Assembly (NCBI RefSeq): GCF_964355755.1
Contig: NC_092670.1
Location: forward strand, 38,800,388-38,864,387
DNA from: Antedon mediterranea
Lineage: Eukaryota; Animalia; Echinodermata
Reading direction: 5' to 3'
DNA length: 64,000 bases
A model generated the notes under the pieces. That model made no database searches, was not told the DNA's origin, and was given only the letters and a program-made list of their open reading frames with translations. The translations under genes and the position numbers were made by a program. Below are positions 28,261-39,407 of the stretch, in pieces; position 1 is the first letter of the stretch, and the number at the start of each line of letters is the position of its first letter.

Positions 28261-28431
28261 AGCTCTGTCTACACTATCCAACTACAGTAGTATGACAAAA
28301 AAAGTGTGATGTGCACAAATATGGTAGTGATAATGATATGCCTAAAGATGGTAGTGATATGACATCACCATGTCCATATATGGGCATATCACATTTGTTT
28401 GTCACTAAAGTTTGATAGTGTAGACAGAGCT
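28261..28431. mobile_element. Representative of the dominant MITE family (PIF/Harbinger-like, about 170 bp; about 30 full or partial copies in the window)
   Basis: TIR AGCTCTGTCTACACTATCAAACT with TTA target duplication. Other copies start near 489, 1947, 5956, 9988, 11341, 11626, 17665, 21311, 22713, 22856, 23635, 31499, 32377, 32978, 36731, 40630, 41443, 41783, 47180, 47930, 48578, 49386, 50515, 51041, 55875 and 60317. Confidence 0.88.
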
Positions 28432-29063
28432 TTACAGCAGTACAGTGTCCCTCTGTCTATTGTTTAACAACAACACATAGATTATTAGCTATGTCCCTGA
28501 AAAACAGTTCTATTAACATTGATTAGTTTCGAAAGAATTGCTAAATTATCATTTAAATTATTTGTGGCAGCTGTCCAGAACTAAAAGCAGGTCAATGAAC
28601 TATCCCTATCAGTAATCAGGTCAAGCAATTTATGTGTTCAATTTAAGTTAAATCAAATCCGGTGATGACAACATTGTTTACTGACTAATAACAAGAAAGA
28701 TGATAAAAGCGCCAAACCATAAATAAACATTCAAGATAATCATTCCTCAAAATAGAATCAGTAAAATTTGGAAACTTAAGAAGAATACATGCATACTGTA
28801 GCAATGCCCATACCTGTACATGAAATTTATCCTTATTTTCCAATTGAACATTTTGCAACTAAAGATTAATATTTTTGTCTTTAATTAACATAGCGCCATA
28901 GCAATCTGGACTAAAGATAAGCCCACTGACAAGTATTGTGACCTATATCTGCTATGGGTCAATTACAATTAGATTTAGGGGCAAAAGTAAAACAGTAAGA
29001 TCTGATCTTACTGGACAGTAAAACTAAAATGTTTTCATTATTATATTATTAATTTTATACGGC

Positions 29064-29180
29064 TTATACGGCTTTACCACGTTGAAACACCGGTTCTCGT
29101 CAGATCACCGAAGTTAAGCAACGTTGGGCCTGGTTAGAGCTTGGATGGGAGACCATCTGGGAATAGCGGGTGCTGTATAC
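29064..29180 (+). pseudogene. 5S rRNA-derived sequence (diverged; probably the head of a SINE3-type element extending to about 29275)
   Basis: Near full-length 5S sequence (TACCACGTTGAA...GATCACCGAAGTTAAGCAACG...GGATGGGAGACC...GGGAATA...GGTGCTGTA) with several substitutions; solitary, intronic, and without an oligo-T terminator. Confidence 0.85.
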
Positions 29181-30028
29181 GGAGCTGGGGTCCCGTTAGG
29201 CATTTGAAATCAGCACTGCTGATTCTTATGGCAGCCCCTGCATCTAGTATCTAGGTGTAAATAAGTTAAATTAAAGAATTGATAATGATATTGTCATTTT
29301 AACTGCACATAATTGCAAAAAGATGAAATGAATGTAGCCTGAATATTAACTAAATGAGCAAACTCCATACATTGCTGGTCATGATAAAATAACAATCAAT
29401 GAAAAACCTTCAAAAACCTTCTCCAAACTAATCTATGATTAGCTCTTCCCTCCTCAACCTCTACTCACACATTGAGTTATAATCCAGTTGGAGTTTATCA
29501 ATTATTCAATCAAGATCAATGATGGCAACCCCCATTTAACATTGTTGGTACTTTGCATCGAAAGTTGCATAAACACATTAAAAAGTTCAAACAATACTCT
29601 CTACTCTACACAACACAGACTTTTTAAATTAAAAATATAATAAAAAGGATAAAACATTAAAATAAAGAAGGCAACACAAAAATAAACCATGATTTATTAA
29701 TATTTTATTTTTAGTCTTATGCAATATTACAAATTATAATTAGGCTACACCTCAGTAATGACACCTCACCATTCAAAAGTCTCTAGGCCTAAATATAAGA
29801 ACGTTACAAGCATACTGTCCCCGTATGCACCTGCTGCCTGCAGCCACAATTACAGAGCCATTATTACCAGGCCAGGGTCCACCCTACCAAGCAGCCTGTC
29901 TATACACAGCGCACAGTACACACACAATACATACAACTCACACCGGCAGTGAAATCACTCACTTTTATTTAAAAAATAACTAGGCAAATTATACATTATT
30001 ATGATTACAAATTAAACCAAGATCTCAC

Positions 30029-30300
30029 CTTATGTTTAGGTCAGTTTCATTCAATATGCATTAAACCGAATTTAAGTAACTCTGCATTTTGTCTTGTTTT
30101 ATTTTCTATCGTAATCAATTCGTTCACGTCTGGTATATTTTCCTTATTTTGACAAAAAACGTCACCAATATTCGTGTACCCCTATGTTGAAACGTACGAA
30201 TTTAGTGTGAACTATAGACTGTAGATTTCCAGCCGTTATGTTGCCGTTGTTTATTGACCACTGTGTAACGCCACTGGCGGTGAATGAGACTAGGCCTAGG
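30029..30300. promoter_or_regulatory. Putative bidirectional promoter region between the OXR1-like gene and MEA1
   Basis: Locally CpG-rich; minus-strand donor AAG/GTGAG at 30029/30028 (candidate non-coding exon 1) and plus-strand candidate donor GTAAG at about 30377; the genes diverge from here. Confidence 0.5.
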
Positions 30301-30711
30301 CTAGTTTATGATTGATGGGTTTTTAAAGAATTATTTTATTTTTAATACAGAACTGTGTACTAAAATTAATAATTATGTAAGCTTGTCAATATAATGATTT
30401 TATCTATGCTATATCTAGGCCTAGCTAGGCGTAGTAGGACAGGTTTAAATTTATAGGCTAGCAAAGGCTACGCGGTGTGTTGTATTGTTGATTGTATATA
30501 TATAGGCCTGCCCTAACTAGGCCTAGTTTTAGGCCTAGCTAGGTAGGCCTCTAGGCTAGTAGTAGGCTAGGCCTAGCTAGTAGGCCCCCCCCCTGGCCTA
30601 GGCCCTAGGCTAGGTGGTGGAGGCTAGGCCGCGCCTACTAGCTAGGCCTATGTATGCCGGCCTAACTAGCCTAGGCCTATATAGGCCCGGCCGGCCTAAC
30701 TAGCCGGACTC

Positions 30712-30975
30712 CAACCGTAATTACGTAGCCATAACATCGGCAGGGCCCGTTCGAGGCTCACTTGCTCCATGGTTCTGGTGGTAGAACGAGTCTTCTCGGA
30801 TAAGGACTATAAACTGTAGGTCCAGTGTACACATCTAGCTCGTGTGCACTTTAAACCTAGTACATCTTTCGAGACGAGTAGGGGGTTACCCCGGTGTATT
30901 AGTACATCACAGCCACTGATCACCAACTGGGCCCTCTGGGAGACCAGTCTTTGGCTGAAGAGGTTACCCAGTATA
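30712..30975 (+). mobile_element. Copy of the Deu-like SINE (MEA1 5' intron)
   Basis: Aligns with the reverse complement of 20043-20340; other partial copies at 12091-12221(+), 37316-37520(-) and 61712-61820(-). Confidence 0.75.
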
Positions 30976-31178
30976 AATATATATTTCAATCAATCAACTA
31001 GCCTAGGTAGGCCTAGGTAGTCAATTGCGCAAACATATTTAATTAATATATTATTAATGAAAACATCTTCTCTATCTATTTTTGCTCAATCAATGCTGTT
31101 TTTATGGCACTTTGTGGCATCACTAATGAGTTTCTTTTTTATTGTTAAAATCTAGATCTGATTCATTTATTGACAACA

Positions 31179-31391
31179 ATGGGACCCGTACCTAAAGAGG
31201 ATAGGAGTGATCCTGGTCGTAATGATGATGAATCATTGATGGAACCAGGCTTTGTAGTGATGGAGAATGATGCAACTGATAGTGAAGACGAGGAAAGTGG
31301 TGATGAAGGTGATCATCAGGGGTATCAACTCCTATCACAGGAACCAGAAGGTGATCATCAGGGGTGTCAACTCCTATCACAGGAACCAGAT
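31179..31391 (+). CDS. MEA1: Male-enhanced antigen 1, coding exon 1
   Basis: MGP start, acidic tract and GYQLLSQEP (cf. MEA1 YQPLNQDP); acceptor at 31154-31155; donor GTAGGT at 31392, phase 0. Confidence 0.8.
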
Positions 31392-31912
31392 GTAGGTTGA
31401 TACAGTATTTGCTATGACTTAGGATAGATGAAGGAGATAGTGATTTAACAGAAAATGACTAGCTACAGTACACTGGTTACACAACCGTCAGTCTGTTAAG
31501 CTCTGTGTACACTATCAAACTAGTTTGACAAAAAAGTGTGATGTGCCCAAATATGGTAGTGATATGCCCAAATATGGTAGTGATATGACATCGCCATGAA
31601 CATATATGGACACATCACATTTTTTTTTGTCACATAAAATTTGATAGTGAAGAAAGTATTAATACAGTACTATAATAAGTAATATGTAACTTTTAACATC
31701 AGTGTTTTTTTGTCAATTTTTAGATCTAAAGTTCTTAAAGCTATTTAATTTTGCCAAATACTGTATTATTTTTTTTAATTTTTTATTTTTGTTATGTGTT
31801 TTTATGTATATATTTATATCCTTAATTGGCAATTTGTTTTGTTGGATGTAGTTGAAATAGAATAAAAAGATCAAAATAAATGATAATTCTTTCTCTTGTT
31901 TTTTTTTTCCAG

Positions 31913-32263
31913 CTAATCATAAACGATGACTGTTCATTAGGTGCTACAGCAAGTGCACAAACCAGTCGACAGCCAGAAATATCAGCACAACTTGCTCACT
32001 GTTTACCAAAAGAAATGCCAAAACCTGATACATCAACAATTGTTACACATACAGATTCACCAGAAACATTGAAACAAAGGAGAGAACTTATGGCAAATGA
32101 TGACTTAATAAAAGCAGCCATGTCTGGTATTAAATTGCCAACGACTGGCGTACCAAACTGGGCAAACTTTGTCCAAGAAAAAGACTGGAAAAAAAATATA
32201 GTGAAAACAGCGAGAAAAGAACGTTTAAATGACGAAGAAAATAAGTCTGGTGAGAACTCCTGA
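31913..32263 (+). CDS. MEA1: Male-enhanced antigen 1, terminal coding exon (protein about 187 aa)
   Basis: IKAAMSGIKLPTTGVPNWA...W matches the MEA1 C-terminal motif (VKRTMAGVSLPAPGVPAWA); strong polypyrimidine tract and AG at 31911-31912. Confidence 0.88.
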   Translation, partial: LIINDDCSLGATASAQTSRQPEISAQLAHCLPKEMPKPDTSTIVTHTDSPETLKQRRELMANDDLIKAAMSGIKLPTTGVPNWANFVQEKDWKKNIVKTARKERLNDEENKSGENS

Positions 32264-34223
32264 TAATCCAGGAAATATGTATGAACATTTTGGGTACAAA
32301 TATGCAAATTTTAATCAATATAATCTTTTTATTATTTTATTCTATTACTAGTCAGAAAATAATTTTACAATACTAAAGCTTTGTCCACACTATCAAACTT
32401 TATGCGACAAAAAAAAAACCTGCTGTACCCATATATGGACATGATGATGTAATATCACTACCATATTTGGGCATATCATTACCATATTTAGGCACATCAC
32501 ACTTTTTGTCAAACTGGTTTGATAGTGTAGACAAGAGCTTTAGATTACAAATCCAGAAAATACAACACCATTCCATAAATTTATAATTATCATGTATTAT
32601 ATGTATTGTAATATATTAAAATAACAGTAAACAAAAAAAGGAGGTCCAGTGTAATACTTTTGGCCTGTGTGCACTTGACGAATCCAGGATACCCCGGTGC
32701 ACTGTGTCATGGACAAAATGTACCACAAATAATATTTGTTATACCACCTTATTAAAGGGATTTCTGCCTTGTATATGGTTTACTGGCATTTGTAAAAGAA
32801 GAAACAAAAAACAATTTGCATACTCAGTCCATTGGACTAGAATAAAGTAGTTTATTTCTATCCTTTTTGCCACGATAATGATAATCAAGTATTTGAAAAT
32901 TATAATACATCTTATAAAATCATTAACATATACATATCAAAATTAAGTTTATTTAACAAGCATAGCCTACACCATTAAGCTCTGTCTACACTATCAAACT
33001 AGTTTGAAAAAATAAGTGCGATGTACTCAAATATGGTAGTGATATGTCCTAATATGATATGACATCATCCATATGGGCACTTTTTTTTTTCACATAAAGT
33101 TTGAAGTGTAGACAGAGAAAACACTATTCTACTAAGAACGCAACTAATAAATTACAATATCATAAATTTTCAGTACTTGACATTTCATTTTGTTCCTCAA
33201 TTATTCATTTTTTGGAAAAAGACACATTTATTCACAAATAAATACTAAAACATCATTTCTATTATGCATAATAGCCATAATACACATTTTTGTTATTTTT
33301 TTAAATAATTTTTAATGGACTAATTATAGAGGGCGGCAGACATGATTTTATAAAAGAACAAAATCATTATTCAGTGCATGATTTAAATAAATTTAAACCA
33401 TTTCTTTCTATTTCTATAACAATAAATCAGTATCAGGGAAATTCTGTCATGTGTGGTGCCTATATTATGTTAAGGTTAGGAAGGCATACAATACACACAT
33501 CACATGTGATACATAAGTGACACTGTATCACAGAATGGTACTAGACAATTATAGATACACTACTGTACTGAGGATAAGAGCTAAAGAATGCAATAGCATC
33601 CTTAGGTTAAATCACTATCTGTAGCTATCTCTTCTCGACATGCTGTATGGAGTAAACAAATTATTTAAGAATCCACAGTATTATAAACAAATGTCAGTAA
33701 AGTGTGGATGTACTTGGAAGATTTATAAACAAAGTGAAATAAATGTTGATAACAGTTGCCAATTAAATTTGCGTTAATCCATCAATCATCCAATATTTAA
33801 TTTTAAACATCCTTAATTTTCGTGCTCTCTTTATTTTCGCACTTTTTTCATAAAAAAAAATATACATACGAAAAGGAATGAATTTGATTTTCAATTATTA
33901 AGGCTGTAGAAATAAAATGTTACAATGCTTTCAACACACATTAATACAGTACTATGTTTTGTCTACTGTTTAATTTAACATGTTTCATTATCTTTAGTTG
34001 ATGTGAAAAAATAGACTAGATTTATCAAACTACCTCACAGTCATTTGCCTGTTCCAAATCACCCCTCCATCCCAAATGGATCAATCCAATCCAATTTCCA
34101 TAAATACAAAATTGCAATTTCTGTCTTCAAATATCATTATGATATATCAACCAACACATTTTAATACCTTCTCTGCTTTTGGTCTAATTTTCTTGGAAGA
34201 ATTATTATCATTTTTTCAAATAA

Positions 34224-34450
34224 TTATGGTCTGTTTAAAATCGTAAGTGACATGAAGTCTTCGTAATTGATTTGGATTGAACCGCTCATGTTACTATCTC
34301 GTTGCCGGAATGCGTCGGTTAACGATTTCATCATCACGCACGCTTGAATGAAGTCGTCCAGTTTAAGCGATTGCTTCGCAACGGTGTCAAACTTGACCAC
34401 AATCAACTGCGAGAACTGTGGTGATAGACGATATCCCATGTCGGAAAATG
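34224..34450 (-). CDS. PEF1: Peflin exon 5 (EF4-EF5, stop)
   Basis: FSDMGYRLSPQF...DDFIQACV...LTDAFRQRDSNMSGSIQINYEDF is a penta-EF-hand C-terminus. Confidence 0.93.
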
Positions 34451-34558
34451 CTATTAAAATTTTAAAATACAAACCATGAATAATAAAGTAATTAAAAAAA
34501 TTGTAAAATAATTGAATTAGCAAAGACAAAGAAGTGTTTCTACTAAGAGAGTTGACTG

Positions 34559-34943
34559 TATAGAGTATCACGGTGTGACATCACAACGATAGAGGGCGCT
34601 GCATGATTGCTAGACAACGAAAAAATTCGTTCAGCGCTACTATGTTGATAAACAGTAAAGATCTGTATTTCTATCAAATTATGTATCTTAGCTTGATTTT
34701 TTTTAACTTAAACTGTAGTTGAAGAATAAATAGATTACCGTATTAAAAACAAATATTTAGTGATCTTTTGAAAATTTAGTTTGTTTTTATTGAAAATTAT
34801 TAAGTTTTAAAATGACTACTTCAATAAGCCTATTCCAAACCATTGGTGATCTTGGAGTCAGGCAGGCTGAACGCATTTTTGATTGCGCTAGCAACCACGC
34901 AGCGCCACCTACCGTTGTGACGTCAGCACCGTGATACTCTATA
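34559..34943. mobile_element. MITE of about 385 bp, TIR ATAGAGTATCACGGTG(C)TGACGTCAC, in PEF1 intron 4
   Basis: Terminal inverted repeats; a highly similar second copy lies at 37543-37925. Confidence 0.85.
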
Positions 34944-35623
34944 GATGTGTTTATTGAATTAAATTTAAACAGAATAGTAAACCATTGAGGCTATCGGCAT
35001 AGTCAACTGTGCAAGTACAGTTCCCAACAACATGGTCAACTGTGGCAATAGTCAATATGGTTAGTGTCACTTAGTACTGTGCATGAAATTAATTCTTTCC
35101 AATCGGCAAAATTAACCGCGTATATATGGTTGACTTTTCATTGGCATGGTTGACAGATAGCCACCTCCAAAGATTAATTAATTAATTTTGTATAAAAATG
35201 GTTGAAGTAAGCGGTTGGATAAAATCAAAATTGGTAAAGATGTATTGACCTTCTGAAAAAATATTCTTAAAACATTTTTTGTTGAATATGCCATTTTATT
35301 GTCACATAATAGTTATCCGTTTTGACCCAAAATTGGATCGGAAACAAAATTATTTACATGAAAAAACTGTAATTTAAAGCAAAAATAGTCAAATTGCCAG
35401 CCAATGGGTTCTTGGTTGAATTTAACCATTAATTTTGTCATTTTATAAGTGAAAACATTATTTTTTTCCATTTTTTGATGGAAATGATTAACTTTATTAA
35501 AACTTTACAAAATAACCTATTCAAAATCTGATTTCTTTAATCTTAATTTTTTCATGTTTTGTGGACAATACATCTTTAAGTATTAATGGTTGATTTCAAT
35601 AGTGTAATCGTTGCTTATCTTAC

Positions 35624-35767
35624 CTCTACTCAACTCGTTAGACTCGATACGTCCTGACCTATCTTGGTCGTATCGATCAAAGAAACCTTTCCAATCTTGT
35701 ATGTACTTCCATAAAGCTCCAAACTCATTCACATCTATCGTACCGCTGTGGTCCTTATCGAATAAGC
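35624..35767 (-). CDS. PEF1: Peflin exon 4 (EF2-EF3)
   Basis: LFDKDHSGTIDVNEFGALWKYIQDWKGFFDRYDQDRSGRIESNEL; 144 nt, phase 1/1. Confidence 0.93.
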
Positions 35768-35807
35768 CTACAATAATAAATAAAGTAGGCGAAATGAATA
35801 CTAAGTA

Positions 35808-36040
35808 CTAATAATAATAACTTAGGTATTTGTATAGCGCCAGAATCAACTAAACCGAAGTAAAAATCAAAGGCGCTTATATTGGATGTTAAAAAGATGT
35901 GTTTTAAGTTCTTTAAAAAAAATAGCAATAGAAGTTGATTTAGTAAAATGACGAGGAAGAGAATTCCAAAGAGAAGCAGCAGAGAACATAAAAGACTTTT
36001 GTCCATAAGATTTGGTGTTAATTCTAGGAACAAGTAGATA
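35808..36040 (-). mobile_element. L2-clade LINE 3' end in PEF1 intron 3
   Basis: Reverse complement of about 62520-62745. Confidence 0.75.
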
Positions 36041-36149
36041 GAATTAGTGTAAAAAACATGATATTTTTAGGGAAGATTTTCCTATACAAACTACAGTGGT
36101 TCTACAAACTCCTATTTTTAATTGGCTAGATTTTCCAATTTTAAATTAA

Positions 36150-36339
36150 AGGCCAATTTACACAGACGTGCGGTAACGATAAGCAGAGAAAAAATATGTA
36201 GCTTGTTCCACGTACAACCTCTATCTAACCACAGAAGAAACCGTTCGTCCGCTCTGCGTTGTGTGTAAATGGTCATAAGGAATAACATAGATTCTATATT
36301 TTTATTATTCGTTACCGCTCGTCTGTGTAAATTAGCCTT
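36150..36339. mobile_element. MITE with AGGCCAATTTACACAGACG TIR
   Basis: Inverted ends; a solo end is also present at about 13775-13800. Confidence 0.6.
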
Positions 36340-37065
36340 TTTTTAAGCTAAACTGCTAAGCAACAAATTAAATAAATATAATAATGTTAAGTTATACTGT
36401 ATATCAGGAAAAATATTAAATATAAAATAAAAATACACACAACATTATATAAAACAATACAAATTCCATAAATATTATTAAGAATCTTATAATATAAAAT
36501 GCAATTTTTAAATTACTGTATATATTTTATTCCTGTGTGATTTAAATTTGATGAAATCCTGTTTGTAAATTGCTTCAATACCACTATGTTTATTTAAAGA
36601 TCAAACAACATATTGCAATCTACTTAAAGACTTCTCTACTAAGGATACAAAGGTCAGGTTTAATAATGCAAGTACTGTACAAAGGTCACATCCTAAATCT
36701 TATCACAGCACAGAGAATATTTTCATCTAAAGCTCTGACTACAATATCAAACTTTATGTTACAAACAAAGTGTGATGTGCCCAAATATGGTAGTGATATG
36801 CTTAAATATGGTAGTAATATGACATCATCATGTCCATATATGGGCACATCACTATTTTTGTCACATAAAGTTTCATAGTGTAGACATAGCTAATGTTCCC
36901 AAATATGGTAGTGATATAACATCATCATTTTTTGTCACATAAAGATTGATAGTGTAGACAGAGCTAATGGTCCCAAATATGGTAGTGACATGACGTCATC
37001 ATGTCCATATATGGGCACATCACATTTTTTGTCACATCAAGTTTGATAGTGTGACAGAGACATAC

Positions 37066-37218
37066 CTATCATTAATCTGCAAGTCTCAGCATTGAAATGA
37101 CTCCAGTTCCCATTTGTCAAAGCTTGCTGTAACTCTTTTGCTGTGACCTTGCCTGACCTATCAGCATCAACTGCTACAAACCAAGAGTAGACTGTAGGGT
37201 CCATCCCAGGTGGACATC
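37066..37218 (-). CDS. PEF1: Peflin exon 3 (EF1)
   Basis: [50 protein letters not shown]; phase 1/1. Confidence 0.93.
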
Positions 37219-37542
37219 CTGCAACAAAATAAAAACAATATTAAATACAACTCATGAGGATTCAACAAAATCTAAGCTACTGATACTATATTGTGTTTGT
37301 TATTATTTATTTATACCGAGTGACTTCTTCAGTTAAGAGGGCCCAGTTATGATCAGTAGCTGTGATGTACTAGTACACCGAGGTAACGCCCTACTTGTCT
37401 CGAAAGATGTACTAGGTTCTTTAAAGTGCACATGAGCTAGATGTGTAGACTGGACCTAAGGTTTATAGTCTTTATCCTAGAAGACTCGTTCTACAACCAG
37501 AACCATAGGGCGAGTGAGCTATACATGGTAACAGGTTTATAC

Positions 37543-37925
37543 ATAGAGTATCACGGTGTGACGTCACACTGATAGAGAGCGCTGCATGGTTGCTAGCCAA
37601 CCAAAAAATGCGTTCAACGATAATATGTTGATAAACTGTAAAGATCTGTATTTCTATCAAATTTTGTATCTTAGCTTGATTTTGTTTAACTTAAACTGTA
37701 GTTGAAGAATAAATAGATTATTAAAAACAAATATTTAGTAATCTTTTGAAATTTTAGTTTGTTTTTATTGAAAATTATTATGTTTTAAATGACTACTTCA
37801 ATAAGCCTATTCCAAACCATTGGTGACCTTGGAGTCACTCAGGCAGGTTGAACGCATATTTGGTTGTGCTAGCAACCACGTAGCGCCACCCACTGTCGTG
37901 ACGTCAGCACTGTGATTACTCTATA
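37543..37925. mobile_element. Second copy of the 385-bp MITE, in PEF1 intron 2
   Basis: Colinear with 34559-34943 in the same orientation. Confidence 0.85.
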
Positions 37926-37998
37926 GCATCTCAGTATCAGCCAGTGAGGCCTACGACAACGAAAGTCTACTTCATCCTAAATCGTGAGGAGTGCATAC

Positions 37999-38311
37999 CT
38001 CCTTGTCCTCCATAAGGTGCACCACCAAATGACTGACCTCCAGGTGCACCAAACCTAGCAGGGGGTTGCCCTCCATAGCCTGCTGGTGGCTGACCCCCAT
38101 ATCCTGTTGGAGGTTGTCCACCATAACCAGCAGGTGGTTGACCTCCATACCCGGCAGGTGGTTGACCTCCGTAACCTTGTGGTTGTTGCCCATATCCTCC
38201 TGGAGCGCCTTGTGGTGGTGGTTGTCGATATCCACCAGGCGGTGGTTGTTGCCCATAAGCTGGTGCTCTTCCTGCAGGAGCATACCCAGTTTGTTGTTGC
38301 CCATAAGGATT
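37999..38311 (-). CDS. PEF1: Peflin exon 2 (Gly/Pro/Tyr/Gln-rich N-terminal repeats)
   Basis: NPYGQQQTGYAPAG...YGGQPP repeats typical of the peflin N-terminus; 313 nt, phase 0/1. The ORF-track translation here is the wrong frame. Confidence 0.9.
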
Positions 38312-39059
38312 CTAAAGGAAGGGAAAAACTAGTAAAGTTATCTTATTAATTAGCATAATAATTCCTCAAATTATATAATGTGCAATTATTTCCTTGCGCA
38401 ATTTATTTGAATCAAAATACTCAATTCAAATTGCAGAAAAAATTTCAAAATGACCAAAGTATTTTCAGTATATTTGACAAAACCGAAAAATTTACTGAAA
38501 AAAACTTTAAGGGAAATAGTGATCCTCTCGCCACAATTTCAAATTGCGCATAAATAAAATCATTTAAATTATACTGTACTTTAAACTTAGGCCTGGATAG
38601 GTTGGATAGCATGGAGTAAAGCATGGTTATAGTACTGCTAAATAACAATTAATTATTTAATTTTAATATATATATATGCCTGGGCCTAATAATAATATTA
38701 ATAAATTAAATATTAAATAATAATATATGAAACTGTGCGTGACATAAAGTAAATCAGATATCCAAAATAGACGAGCATGATACCGTAATCGAAGGCCTAA
38801 GTATGCTAGGCCTAAATTTCGATGGCTGGCGCAAGTGTTGTGTTGGTGGAGAGGCAGGGGGCAAACGTCGTGTGAAAACAAGATAAAGAAAGGCGAGAGT
38901 GACAAGAAGAGGGCTAACTTATTTCGAGACAAAACGGTATATAGTTTTTGTTAAAATAAATGGAGGCATTCGAAACAAATGCTATAATCTAATGAAAAAA
39001 ACTTTAGAATTAATGTATATACGATAATACTACGAATATTCGGTAATTATCTATTTTAC

Positions 39060-39101
39060 CTGAGGAGGTGGAGCTCCGCCTTGCGGATAATTATACGCCA
39101 T
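39060..39101 (-). CDS. PEF1: Peflin exon 1 (MAYNYPQGGAPPPQ); full CDS 879 nt, 292 aa
   Basis: AACATGG start context, CAG/GTAAAA donor, CpG-rich surroundings. Confidence 0.85.
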
Positions 39102-39407
39102 GTTGTTTTGTAATTGTAACAGCACATTTGCCCAATTCTAATAAACGTTGCCAGATAAATTATTAAGCGTTTAGTACGTTATACGCGACGAAGCCGTAAA
39201 GTGGAACGGTTTGACGTCATCATAATACGTAACGTTAAACTGCTTGCGGAATCATTTATAATGAATTTGTCAATTTGTCTTGAATGGCATTGGTCATATA
39301 TGCGCATATCATTCATATCATTTGAAGTTTTTGTTAAGTTGAATATTATTAATTTGAGGAGAAGAAAACACATTTTCAAAGTGTGTTTATTGGACTACTT
39401 CCATATT

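Noticed and set aside
29064-29180. Functional 5S rRNA gene
   Set aside because: Single intronic copy with substitutions in normally conserved positions and no oligo-T terminator; treated as a pseudogene or SINE head.
31423-31461. Acidic stretch (IDEGDSDLTEND) as an extra MEA1 exon
   Set aside because: It would need an intron of about 30 nt, the phases give stop codons, and the two flanking exons already join in frame.
37972-38349. Three overlapping ORF-track ORFs
   Set aside because: They are alternative frames or the antisense of the GC-rich PEF1 exon 2; the true frame is the YGGQPP-repeat one.
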